From contig CAWVRW010000009.1 in assembly GCA_963933105.1 (NCBI GenBank), positions 4,154-68,153 of the forward strand: a DNA stretch of 64,000 nt, in the 5' to 3' direction. Shown in pieces: positions 1-9,583 of this stretch. Within the stretch, counting starts at the first letter, position 1. Every line of letters starts with the position of its first letter. Source of the DNA: an uncultured Formosa sp. GTDB lineage: Bacteria > Bacteroidota > Bacteroidia > Flavobacteriales > Flavobacteriaceae. The position numbers and the translations under genes were made by a program. The notes under the pieces were generated by a model. The model was given only the letters and a program-made list of their open reading frames with translations, was not told the DNA's origin and ran no database searches.

Positions 1-1281
1 TTCAGTTGAAAACCACAAAATAGAGTGGTTTTTATCAATGATATTTTCAGAAATTGAAAAAATATTGTTAGATGTTAAGCCATTTTCGTTTTTAGATAAA
101 GTAAAGGACTCAAAGGTATTGTAATTGGAGGTTGATTTTGATAAGAAATTTAAACCTCCAAGCTCTGTACCAACCCATAAATTCCCAAACTGATCCTCAT
201 GTAAACTTCTAATTTTATTACTACTTAAACTACCTTCACTATTTTTTTTTCTAAAATGATTAAATTGATAGTCACTATTTGTTTTTTTATAAATACCACC
301 CCCATTAGAACCAACCCATAAATTACCAGTCCTGTCAACGAACAAACAATTGATAGAATTATTTTTAAGACCTATAAACTCCAATTTTTCAAAATCAATA
401 GTCTTTACAATAAGAGCCTCTCCACTTTTGGAAACATTAGAAAGCTTTTCATCAATTACACACCACAAATTATTATTGCGATCCAAAACGCCAAAACGAT
501 TTGATAAATTATTTATGTTTTTTGTGAAGATTAATTTACTATTGTCTTTGTAAATAATTTTAGCTTTATGAAGTTCCCAAACGTTACCATTGGGTGCTGA
601 AAGCTGAGAAATGAAATTTGTGCTTTTTGTTGGTGTAAAATTAAGAGCTGTGATTTGACCCTCAATTATTTTGTAATTTAATGAATATAAAACTTGAGAA
701 CTTAATAAAAACACATCCTTCTGTTTTATCAAAATTCTATTTCCCAATTTTTCAACTGGTCTTTCAACATCTTTATTCAAAAGAACATGAAATTCCATTT
801 CATCAACATTCTCTTTAAGAACAGCATAGCATGTTTTTTGTTTAAACTGAACCCATAAAATTCCATCATCGGATATCGTTACATCATTAACATAATTTCC
901 AAATTGACTTAGTTTTTTACTAAAGTTAAAAAAGATTTCTTTTTCTAAGTTATAATAGTTCAATCCACCATCCAAAGAGGCAATCCAAAGGTTGCCATAA
1001 TAATCTGACTCAATTTTCTGGATGATTCTCCCTGAGATACTAGAGCTAGTATTTTTTGAGGGCCTAAAAACCTTGAAATTATATCCATCATATTTATTAA
1101 GACCATCATTAGTTCCAAACCACATGAATCCATCCTTATCTTGAATAATACAATTTACGTCATGTTGTGATAAACCATCTGCTGAATTGAAATTCTTAAA
1201 AATTAGTTCCTCATTAAATACAGCGCTAGATGACAAAGATAAAATTAAAAATAGCAGCCCAACTTTATATAGGTGTCTCAT
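1..1281 (-). CDS. Hybrid two-component system (HTCS-type) sensor/regulator: signal peptide plus periplasmic beta-propeller repeats; 3' end lies beyond the window start
   Basis: Absent from the ORF track because there is no stop in the window. My reverse-strand translation from ATG 1279-1281 stays open to base 1: MRHLYKVGLLFLILSLSSSAVFNEELIFKNFNSADGLSQHDVNCIIQDKDGFMWFGTNDGLNKYDGYNFKVFRPSK...QKIESDYYGNLWIASLDGGL... The recurring DxxG-x-hW-hGT-xxGL-xxYD repeats are the two-component-regulator propeller typical of Bacteroidota PUL regulators. The gene is divergent from susC. Confidence 0.75.
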   Translation of the reverse strand, partial: MRHLYKVGLLFLILSLSSSAVFNEELIFKNFNSADGLSQHDVNCIIQDKDGFMWFGTNDGLNKYDGYNFKVFRPSKNTSSSISGRIIQKIESDYYGNLWIASLDGGLNYYNLEKEIFFNFSKKLSQFGNYVNDVTISDDGILWVQFKQKTCYAVLKENVDEMEFHVLLNKDVERPVEKLGNRILIKQKDVFLLSSQVLYSLNYKIIEGQITALNFTPTKSTNFISQLSAPNGNVWELHKAKIIYKDNSKLIFTKNINNLSNRFGVLDRNNNLWCVIDEKLSNVSKSGEALIVKTIDFEKLEFIGLKNNSINCLFVDRTGNLWVGSNGGGIYKKTNSDYQFNHFRKKNSEGSLSSNKIRSLHEDQFGNLWVGTELGGLNFLSKSTSNYNTFESFTLSKNENGLTSNNIFSISENIIDKNHSILWFSTE

Positions 1282-1447
1282 AATACATAATTCAATTTTA
1301 AAATTAAAGTCTAAATTTACAAATAAATATATTTATCATTAGTATATGTTTAACATATGTGATGTATTTTAACACATTTGAGTAAAAGAGAAATAATTAG
1401 TTATATTAATTTTAAGAAAATATTAAACTTATTAAATTTTAACTTTA

Positions 1448-4400
1448 ATGATAGATAAAAATAATTTCAAATTAAATAAATATTACATGGCTTTTAAGCA
1501 TATTGTATTTATGTGTGTTCTTCTATTAAGTTTTAAAGTTTCCAGTCAAACTCTAAGTGTCAAGGGAGCGGTGATAAGCGAAGAAAGTGGTCAGCCAATC
1601 CCAGGCGTTACAGTAATCATAAAAGGAACTTCTATTGGCACTACGACAGATTTTGACGGTTTCTATACAATTGATGCTACCGTGGAGACTATTTTAGTAT
1701 TTAGCTATGTTGGTTTAGAAGATGTAGAACTTACTGTAACTGAACCAATACACAACATTTTGATGAAAGAAAACCTTACAGGCTTAGACGAAATCGTTGT
1801 AGTGGGATATGGTACTATAAAAAAACGTGAGCTAACAGGAGCTATATCTTCAGTAAAATCTAAAGACTTAATGAAAACACAAAGCTCTGATTTTGCTTCT
1901 GCTATTCAAGGAAGAATGGCAGGAGTAAGTGTTCGTCAAGGTAACGCCGCACCTGGTGAGAATGCTACGATTACTATTCGAGGGATTACCTCTTTTCAAG
2001 ATGGAGGCTCAGGACCCCTATATGTTGTAGACGGAGTTACTTATATTGAAAATCCAAACATTACACCACAAGAAATTGAGTCTATAGAAGTTCTCAAGGA
2101 CGGCGCTTCAGCAGCCATTTATGGCTCTAGAGCTTCTGGAGGTGTGATCTTAATTACTACTAAAAAAGGAAAAGAGGGTCAAATGAAAGTGAGTTTTGAT
2201 TCTTACTACGGTGTTCAAAATATAACCTCAGGTCTTCCACTAGCGAACACCCTAGATGCTCTTTACATCAATGATATCCTATACCGATATGATGACATAA
2301 ACTTCAATCCTTTAGATCAAAATCCAGATGGCTTAGAATACAATACAGATTGGATGGGCCTACTTCAAGTAGATTCAGCACCTGTGCAAAATCACTCTCT
2401 AAATGTTAGTGGAGGGAAAAATGGATTAACATATAGTGTGGTTGGAACATTTTTTAATCAAACAGGGTCTCTGATTAATTCCGATTTTAAAAAACAATCA
2501 TTAAGGAGCAACACGGGATTCAAAAAAGGTAAATTTACAGCACAGGCAAATTTGAGTGTAAATTTTAGCGAACAAAAGCGAGAACCCTACGGAATCATAT
2601 ATGATGCCATAAGACTCCCCCCATACAGACCCCCATTTGACGTAAATGCTGATGTTTTTGAAACCGATTCTGAAGACCAAAATAATACGGAAAGAATTTC
2701 TAATTTTGCTGGAAAACTCAAGCAAGAAAGCTCTAACAAAATCAATAACTTCAATGGAAATATTCAGCTTGGATACGAAATTATTGAAGGGCTAACCGCT
2801 AGGGCCAATATCGGCAGATCTTATTATAACAAGAAAGATCGCTTTTTCCAACCAAGTTTTGAAATATTGAATGGGCTTGGTGAAATTAATCTTGGAGCTA
2901 GTAACTTAAATGCTCAACTTAGACTGGGTGATGCTACTAGTACAAGAAGCATTGATGAATTTACCCTAAACTATATTAAAAGCTTTAAAAAACATCATTT
3001 TAAATTTTTGGTTGGGAATACCTATGAATCGTCTCGATACGAGTTTTACAGAACAGGCGCCAATAACATCTCCAGCAACCTAACACCTGTTTTAGGAAAT
3101 GGTGAGCCTATTATTGGGACACAAACCATAAACAAAACCGAGAGTGTATCCTACTTAGGCAGAATCAATTACAATTACAACTGGAAGTACCTTTTGAGTC
3201 TTGTTGTGCGACGAGATGGATCCAGCAATTTTGGAAATCAAAAATACGGAACCTTCCCCTCTATTTCTGCAGGATGGAATTTCTCAAATGAATCCTTCTT
3301 TAAAAACTTAAAAAACACCATAACCATGGCAAAATTGAGGCTTGGTTATGGCACCACAGGAAGCGATAGAATTCCACCCTATGGCTTCAGTCCTGTAGTT
3401 ATTTCTAATGTAGATTATATACTTGGAGAGGACCCCAGTTTAATTTCTGGCCTAACACAACCAGGATATGCAGACCCAAATTTAAAATGGGAGTCAAACA
3501 TCAGTAAAAATATTGGATTGGATTTGACTTTTAAAGGCGGCAAGGCAGGTCTTGAAATCGATCTATACGAACAAGACAAAGAGGATATGCTACTTGCTAT
3601 TACTACACCAATTTCGGCAGGTTCAACTCCTGTGAATGGAGAAACTTATGATCGTTTTTTAACCAACATTGGAGACTTAAGAAACAGAGGTATTGAAATC
3701 AACGCTTATTACAACCACGAATTTGGACCAGTTTCGACTAAATTCAGTGCAAATTTTACAAAAAATGAAAATAAAGTTGTAAAACTATCTAGGGAGGGAG
3801 AGGTTATTTTTGATGGTTATCCAAATATTATAAGAGTCAATCAAACAGAGCCTGTGGCTGTTCTTGAGGCGGGCTTACCTGTTGGCGCCTTTAAAGTTTA
3901 TGAAACCAATGGCACCATTAAAACAGATGAAGAACTGGCAGCATATCAACTCCTAGACCCGAATGCACAAAAAGGAGACTTAAAGTATGTTGATACGGAT
4001 GGGAATGGAGAATTAAATAACAATGATAAGGTTTACAAAGGGTCTTATCAACCAGATTTTGAAATAGGTTTTAATATAGATGCTAATTACAAGAATTTTG
4101 ATTTCTCTGTGCAATTCTATGCAGTCAGTGGCAACACTATTTACAATGGTCAAAAACAATATGCCTACAGCACAAAACGACATAGAGATTTGGTGTACAG
4201 TTGGACCGATGAAAACCCTACATCCAATATACCCACACCACGTTCAAACATAGAACACCCCAATGTTCAAACCTCAACGGATTATTTTCTTGAGGATGGG
4301 TCGTTCATTAGAGTTCGTAATATAATTCTTGGTTACTCACTGAGTAATAAATTATTAGATAAAATAGGGGTTGAAAACTTTAGGTTCTATATCAATGCTC

Positions 4401-4537
4401 AAAACCCCATCACTTGGACCAAGTACTCAGGGTTTGATCCCGAGGTTGGAAGCAGCAATCCATTTAATGGAGGCTTAGATAGAGGAAACTATCCAGTTAC
4501 TGCAAATTACAGCGCTGGTATCTCAATTACATTTTAA
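1448..4537 (+). CDS. SusC/RagA-family TonB-dependent outer-membrane transporter (more likely start ATG 1487, MAFKHIVFMCVLL...)
   Basis: 1029-aa ORF. It has a signal peptide and a CarboxypepD_reg-like N-domain (LSVKGAVISEESGQPIPGVTVIIKGTSIGTTTDFDGFYTI). Plug motifs are present (DEIVVVGYGT, GRMAGV, YVVDGV, IEVLKDGASAAIYGSRASGGVILITTKKG), and the C-terminus ends in the aromatic ...GISITF. A SusD gene follows directly. Confidence 0.93.
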   Translation: MIDKNNFKLNKYYMAFKHIVFMCVLLLSFKVSSQTLSVKGAVISEESGQPIPGVTVIIKGTSIGTTTDFDGFYTIDATVETILVFSYVGLEDVELTVTEPIHNILMKENLTGLDEIVVVGYGTIKKRELTGAISSVKSKDLMKTQSSDFASAIQGRMAGVSVRQGNAAPGENATITIRGITSFQDGGSGPLYVVDGVTYIENPNITPQEIESIEVLKDGASAAIYGSRASGGVILITTKKGKEGQMKVSFDSYYGVQNITSGLPLANTLDALYINDILYRYDDINFNPLDQNPDGLEYNTDWMGLLQVDSAPVQNHSLNVSGGKNGLTYSVVGTFFNQTGSLINSDFKKQSLRSNTGFKKGKFTAQANLSVNFSEQKREPYGIIYDAIRLPPYRPPFDVNADVFETDSEDQNNTERISNFAGKLKQESSNKINNFNGNIQLGYEIIEGLTARANIGRSYYNKKDRFFQPSFEILNGLGEINLGASNLNAQLRLGDATSTRSIDEFTLNYIKSFKKHHFKFLVGNTYESSRYEFYRTGANNISSNLTPVLGNGEPIIGTQTINKTESVSYLGRINYNYNWKYLLSLVVRRDGSSNFGNQKYGTFPSISAGWNFSNESFFKNLKNTITMAKLRLGYGTTGSDRIPPYGFSPVVISNVDYILGEDPSLISGLTQPGYADPNLKWESNISKNIGLDLTFKGGKAGLEIDLYEQDKEDMLLAITTPISAGSTPVNGETYDRFLTNIGDLRNRGIEINAYYNHEFGPVSTKFSANFTKNENKVVKLSREGEVIFDGYPNIIRVNQTEPVAVLEAGLPVGAFKVYETNGTIKTDEELAAYQLLDPNAQKGDLKYVDTDGNGELNNNDKVYKGSYQPDFEIGFNIDANYKNFDFSVQFYAVSGNTIYNGQKQYAYSTKRHRDLVYSWTDENPTSNIPTPRSNIEHPNVQTSTDYFLEDGSFIRVRNIILGYSLSNKLLDKIGVENFRFYINAQNPITWTKYSGFDPEVGSSNPFNGGLDRGNYPVTANYSAGISITF

Positions 4538-4556
4538 TTTTTTAAATCCTAGAAAA

Positions 4557-6212
4557 ATGAAACTAAATAAATTAAATATAGTAGTAATGACTACAATTGC
4601 TATGATTTGCAGTTGTAGCGATGATCAACTAAATATAGAAAACCCCAACAATTTAAGTGCAGATTCTTTTTGGTCTACAGAAAATGATGTTCAACAAGGG
4701 TTGATAGCCACTTATGCTGCATTACAACTTGATGGCCTTTTTGGTGGATCATCTGCCACTCAACATCCCGTAAGGTCAGACACAGGAAGACCCAACAATT
4801 GGAATGCGAATGCCATTGGTCTAAATAAACTAGCATTCAATGAAAATTCTGATATTGTTAAAAAACGATGGCGCGATTGTTATATTGGTATATATCGAGC
4901 CAACCAAGTGCTTGTAAATTTAGATAAAATTGACTTATCTGTCTCTACTAAAAACCAAATTGAAGCAGAGGCAAGATTTTTGAGAGGATTTTTCTACTAT
5001 TCTTTGTATCGAGGCTATAACGGAGGAAGTGTGATTATACATACCACTGTACCTGAGTCTAGTGATGATTTTTATAAATCACCATCACCCGCAGAAGATG
5101 TTTATAATTTAATTATTTCTGATTTAGAGTTTGCATACAATAATTTACCAGAGCAATACGACAATAATCAAGACATTGGAAGAGCGACCTGGGGCGCAGC
5201 GACTGCCATGCTTGGAAAGTTGCATATTAATGAGCATGACTACGGAGTTGCAAGAAATAAATTCAAAGAAATCTTAGATAGTAATCTATACAGCTTAACA
5301 CCAAATATTGGAGATAATTTTGATGAAGATCATGAAATGAACAGCGAATCTATTTTTGAAGTCGCATTTTCTACAGAACTAAAGCAAGGAACATCTAACG
5401 GAGCCGCTGATGGGCCTCTTGGTTCTGAAGCTTCATCTAGAGCACGAATTCTAGCAACAGTTCAAGGCGGAGGCTACAGAACAATTATGCCGTCCTACAA
5501 TATGACCATGCTGTTTAAAAATGATGTTATGGACATCAACAATCCAATCAATGCCACTAGGACAGGTACTTCCAACTATTCCATCAGAACTTCTATGTCA
5601 ATAGCCATTGCTGACGATGATAATTCAACACTATATCAAAGACCATCAAATGAAGGTGGAGGGTATAATAATTTTGAAGCCTCTTATTTAAAAAAAAACC
5701 AAAACTGGACACTGATTAGGGAGAGCGATCAATCTATTTCTGGAATTAATGAACGGGCAATCAGACTAGCAGACATTAAACTTTTATATGCTGAGTGCTT
5801 ACTACAGTCAGAAAACTCTGTAGGAGAAGCCATAGAACAAGTAAATGACATTAGACAAAGAGCTGGAGTTGTTTTACTCAATTCAGTCGATTATGACCCA
5901 GAAAGTCTAATGGAGCATATTATGTGGGTAGAACGCCCTTTAGAACTTATGTTTGAAGGTCATGATACGAGATGGGAAGATTTAACACGATGGGATAAAG
6001 TACAAGAGCAATATGATCGTTTAGCTTCAAAACGTTACGTTTTAGTTCAGAAAAACCTGTATGAATTTGATCCAGTTATTCACACCAATTTTACTGAAGA
6101 AACAGCACTTAAAGAATTTGAGGATGCAGCTAATTCATATCAGCCAGGAACTCATAATTATTTTCCAATTCCGTCGACAGAACAGAATTCGAATCCAGAT
6201 CTTTTCAACTAA
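4557..6212 (+). CDS. SusD/RagB-family nutrient-binding outer-membrane lipoprotein
   Basis: 551 aa with a lipoprotein signal (AMICSCSDD). TPR-like SusD motifs are present (YRANQVL, EARFLRGFFYYSLY, RWEDLTRWD). It lies 20 nt downstream of SusC. Confidence 0.92.
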   Translation: MKLNKLNIVVMTTIAMICSCSDDQLNIENPNNLSADSFWSTENDVQQGLIATYAALQLDGLFGGSSATQHPVRSDTGRPNNWNANAIGLNKLAFNENSDIVKKRWRDCYIGIYRANQVLVNLDKIDLSVSTKNQIEAEARFLRGFFYYSLYRGYNGGSVIIHTTVPESSDDFYKSPSPAEDVYNLIISDLEFAYNNLPEQYDNNQDIGRATWGAATAMLGKLHINEHDYGVARNKFKEILDSNLYSLTPNIGDNFDEDHEMNSESIFEVAFSTELKQGTSNGAADGPLGSEASSRARILATVQGGGYRTIMPSYNMTMLFKNDVMDINNPINATRTGTSNYSIRTSMSIAIADDDNSTLYQRPSNEGGGYNNFEASYLKKNQNWTLIRESDQSISGINERAIRLADIKLLYAECLLQSENSVGEAIEQVNDIRQRAGVVLLNSVDYDPESLMEHIMWVERPLELMFEGHDTRWEDLTRWDKVQEQYDRLASKRYVLVQKNLYEFDPVIHTNFTEETALKEFEDAANSYQPGTHNYFPIPSTEQNSNPDLFN

Positions 6213-6252
6213 AAATATTTCTTTTACAACAAAGACATTAAAATAAAATATT

Positions 6253-7734
6253 ATGATAAAAAATTGCAAGAAGATATCAATTTTAGGTTTGATTATTATA
6301 ACAATCATTGCTTGTCAAAAAGACGATGCGATCCCGGAATACAATAATTTCTCAGATGCGCTGGCCACTACTGGAGATAAAAGAATTCAAAGGGGCGATT
6401 TTGCTTCGTTTGCGGATCTATCCAAAGGAGTGGTTGATAGATTATGGACAATTCCAGAATCAGCTTCCATAATTAATCTTGACGGAAGAAACCCCTCTCA
6501 AGTTGAGCTTATTCAGGTACAGTTTGACGAACCTGGTCAGTTTGAAGTGAATTTGAAAGATGAATTTATAAACTCTGCTGTAATACTGGACACCACTTTC
6601 AATGTAACTGTTTTGGATTATATCCAAACAAATTTTGATGTAGTATCAATTGATGCAAGTTTTTACGAGGAAACGCCAACACAAATAACAATGTATGAAG
6701 GCAGCACCATTACATTTCAAGATGTTTCTCAAGGCAGTCCAAACAGACGAAAATGGACATTTCCAGGCGGCGATCCGTTTTCAGCAGGAGGAATAAGTAT
6801 TGAAGAAGACGATGATGTGAGTACCATTTCGGTAACCTACCAAACCATTGGCACCTACGATGTGGAACTAATTTCTTGGCGGCAATATCCAGAGGGTGTT
6901 GCAGATACGCTTCGTTTACAAAACTATATCAATGTTACTGAAAACTTAGAACCTGCGACAATAATGAGCATTATTGAAGATGCTGAAGGTGTAATTGATT
7001 TAAAATATAATTTACCACTTCAATCTAGTAATGATTTGTCAAACAATTTCACATTTACAGTAGATGGCAATAACGTTGAAATTACAAGTATTGTTGTCGA
7101 TTCAAACGACAGCAGAGTTGTTCAAATCACCCCTAATGTAAATCCTAATTTATTGTCCTCTGCTACACTCAGTTACAATGGTAATGGTGACTTGGCCAGA
7201 ACAAATGGCGTCCTTGTCCCTGCATTCTCAAATGAACAAATAACACTACATAGTATAGCAAACCCAGAAATATACGGCTTTGAAGATGGTGGCATTGGAT
7301 GGGAAAATCCCACAGCATGGGATTGGGACAACCAAGGCGCGATTACTTACCTATCTGATAATCCAGCCACGGGCCAGTACAGCATGAAAATGGAAGCTAC
7401 AGCCAACGCGAGATGTAGGGCATTTAGTAATGCGCCAGCGTCATTATTTGACTTGGATAGTGAAAAAAGTTATACAATTGAATTTAAAGTTTGGATTGAC
7501 ACCAATTATACAGATACCAATATATTCCCTGAGGTCTTTAAATCTGGCCAATGGGCAGGAGAAGGGTTTTGGACATCTGTTAATGATCTTCCAAGAGGGG
7601 AATGGGTAACAGTCAATAAAGAAGCTGTAAAAATATGGAGTCCAAATGAGTCTGGACAATATTTCTTTTCTTTTAGATTTCAGAAAATTGGTGTTGTATA
7701 CATTGATGATGTGAAAATTTACGAAGTAGAATAG
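6253..7734 (+). CDS. Surface glycan-binding lipoprotein (SusE/F-position): PKD-like domains plus a C-terminal CBM-like beta-sandwich
   Basis: Lipoprotein signal IIITIIAC. PKD-like stretch (ITFQDVSQGSPNRRKWTFPGGDP...YQTIGTYDVELISW). The C-terminal ~160 aa resemble CBM4/9-type modules (YGFEDGGIGWENP...YSMKMEA...VYIDDVKIYEV). It occupies the third position in the PUL. Confidence 0.7.
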   Translation: MIKNCKKISILGLIIITIIACQKDDAIPEYNNFSDALATTGDKRIQRGDFASFADLSKGVVDRLWTIPESASIINLDGRNPSQVELIQVQFDEPGQFEVNLKDEFINSAVILDTTFNVTVLDYIQTNFDVVSIDASFYEETPTQITMYEGSTITFQDVSQGSPNRRKWTFPGGDPFSAGGISIEEDDDVSTISVTYQTIGTYDVELISWRQYPEGVADTLRLQNYINVTENLEPATIMSIIEDAEGVIDLKYNLPLQSSNDLSNNFTFTVDGNNVEITSIVVDSNDSRVVQITPNVNPNLLSSATLSYNGNGDLARTNGVLVPAFSNEQITLHSIANPEIYGFEDGGIGWENPTAWDWDNQGAITYLSDNPATGQYSMKMEATANARCRAFSNAPASLFDLDSEKSYTIEFKVWIDTNYTDTNIFPEVFKSGQWAGEGFWTSVNDLPRGEWVTVNKEAVKIWSPNESGQYFFSFRFQKIGVVYIDDVKIYEVE

Positions 7735-7767
7735 GCTATAATAAAAATACAGAAAAACCCTTTTAAG

Positions 7768-9573
7768 ATGAATTTGAAACTTAAAATTTATGTTATTACA
7801 TTATTTTTGGCCATAATTAATGGTTTGAACGCTCAAGTTAATGTAGTATTGGTTGAACCTTCTGTACAAAAATTTATTGGCCATGTTTCAGAATTAGATC
7901 GTACAAAATATTTCAATATTCATGCTCCTGGAAGCTCTCCATTACTTGAATCATTTTATAAAGACTATAATGTTGAACAATCAGGAAGAGGATTTTATGG
8001 ACCTGGAATAGACGCCAAAAAATTGATGGGAGAAGTTGGCGTGTATCCAAAATCCAAAAATAAAAATGACGAAAACCTAAAGCCCGTAAATCGATATATC
8101 GCCACAGAACATCCTCGGAATTTATACAAAGAGGGTATTGACTCAGAGGCGGTTTCGGACTGGGCAGTCGAATATTTTAAAAATGTCAAGGAAAATAACA
8201 GACCATTGTGGTATGAGCCAATGAATGAACCTTTTGTTCATGCCAAAGATTTTTATGAAGAAAAAGATTGGGATCCTGTTGCAGAATTACGGGTTAAAAC
8301 AGAAATGTCTAAACTTTTTAGGGCACTTGCAGAAAAGATTCATGCAGATCCTGCTTTAAAAAACATTAAAGTAATGGGCTACAGCGCTGCATGGCCATCT
8401 TTTGAATTAAAAGATTTTAAAAACTGGGAAACCAATATGGGTCTTTTTCTGGACATCGCTGGAGATGAATTGGATGCAATTTCCTACCATCTATACGATG
8501 GGGTAAACCAAGTGGGACAAGAAAACAAACGCTCAGGAAGTAACAACGAAGCTATAATGGATCTCATTGAAACATACAGTCACCAGCGTTGGGGATTTAT
8601 TAAACCACATGCGATTACAGAATATGGTGGAATCGAGGTTTCTGAATTTTCCTTAATCCGAAACATGCAATCGATTCGATCCCAAAACGCTATGATTTTT
8701 GGTTTGTTGGATAGGGAAGATCGTTTAGAAATTTCCATCCCATTTACAACAGATAATGCCAAATGGCATATAACTAAAGCAAATAATTATTTACCATATA
8801 AAGCTGTCCTGTGGCGTCCAGAAAATATGGGGGTACCAAAGAATCAAATTACAGGGTGGTTATATACCAACCGAATTCAATTTTATGAACTGTGGAAAGC
8901 GGTTAAAGGAAAAAGAGTTTTCGTTTCAACATCAAACCCTGATATTCAAGTCCAAGCTTTTTTGGATGAGAAGAAATTATATGTAGCACTAAATAACTTA
9001 GACGATGCTGCACAACAAGTAGCGCTAGATATTAGCTCCATAAAATCAAATGTTAGTGATTTATTTGTAAAGTCACTAACTGTATATTCTGATGATTTCC
9101 CTCGATATTACGAACAAACCATTGGCACAATTCCTGATATTTTTTCTATAGATCCTGCAGAAACAATTGTACTAGAATTTAATTTAAAAAACAGTATTAA
9201 ATTTAATAATAAAATTAAATCCAGCCGTTACTACACTAACAATTACTTACTCCCTATTGAAGCTCAAAAAGAGTTAGTTTTTGAATTTAACGAAGTTCAA
9301 CTTGGAGTTGGATTTGCCAAACTAAGCATGAGTATAGGTAGGGGGCATGATTTGTCAAAAACTCCTGAAGTTTTTGTTAATGACAATAAAGTTGAAGTTC
9401 CTTTGAACTGGAAAGGGTATGACCAAGCCAATAGAAAAAAATTCTTTGGGGCTATAGAAATTCCTGTTCCAATGGAATTAATTAAACAAAATAATTCCGT
9501 TCGTGTTACTTTTCCAGATACTGGTGGGCATTTAAGTTCTCTAATTTTAAATGTGGAAATAATAATAAATTAG
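7768..9573 (+). CDS. Glycoside hydrolase with a clan GH-A-type (beta/alpha)8 core and a C-terminal beta-sandwich region; CAZy family unassigned (GH86-like agarase/porphyranase is my best guess)
   Basis: 601 aa with a signal peptide. Candidate acid/base in WYEPMNEPFVHA (Glu ~154) and candidate nucleophile in HAITEYGGIE (Glu ~285). This spacing is typical of retaining TIM-barrel GHs. It is a paralog of the next gene. Confidence 0.6.
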   Translation: MNLKLKIYVITLFLAIINGLNAQVNVVLVEPSVQKFIGHVSELDRTKYFNIHAPGSSPLLESFYKDYNVEQSGRGFYGPGIDAKKLMGEVGVYPKSKNKNDENLKPVNRYIATEHPRNLYKEGIDSEAVSDWAVEYFKNVKENNRPLWYEPMNEPFVHAKDFYEEKDWDPVAELRVKTEMSKLFRALAEKIHADPALKNIKVMGYSAAWPSFELKDFKNWETNMGLFLDIAGDELDAISYHLYDGVNQVGQENKRSGSNNEAIMDLIETYSHQRWGFIKPHAITEYGGIEVSEFSLIRNMQSIRSQNAMIFGLLDREDRLEISIPFTTDNAKWHITKANNYLPYKAVLWRPENMGVPKNQITGWLYTNRIQFYELWKAVKGKRVFVSTSNPDIQVQAFLDEKKLYVALNNLDDAAQQVALDISSIKSNVSDLFVKSLTVYSDDFPRYYEQTIGTIPDIFSIDPAETIVLEFNLKNSIKFNNKIKSSRYYTNNYLLPIEAQKELVFEFNEVQLGVGFAKLSMSIGRGHDLSKTPEVFVNDNKVEVPLNWKGYDQANRKKFFGAIEIPVPMELIKQNNSVRVTFPDTGGHLSSLILNVEIIIN

Positions 9574-9583
9574 TTAAAACTTA

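Noticed and set aside
350-553. 67-aa plus-strand ORF, the only track entry before susC
   Set aside because: The opposite strand carries a continuous open frame (1-1281) with strong HTCS propeller repeats, so the 67-aa ORF is an antisense artefact.
6061-6246. 61-aa ORF overlapping the 3' end of susD in another frame
   Set aside because: It lies within a well-supported SusD coding region. Its composition is low-complexity and it has no independent signals.
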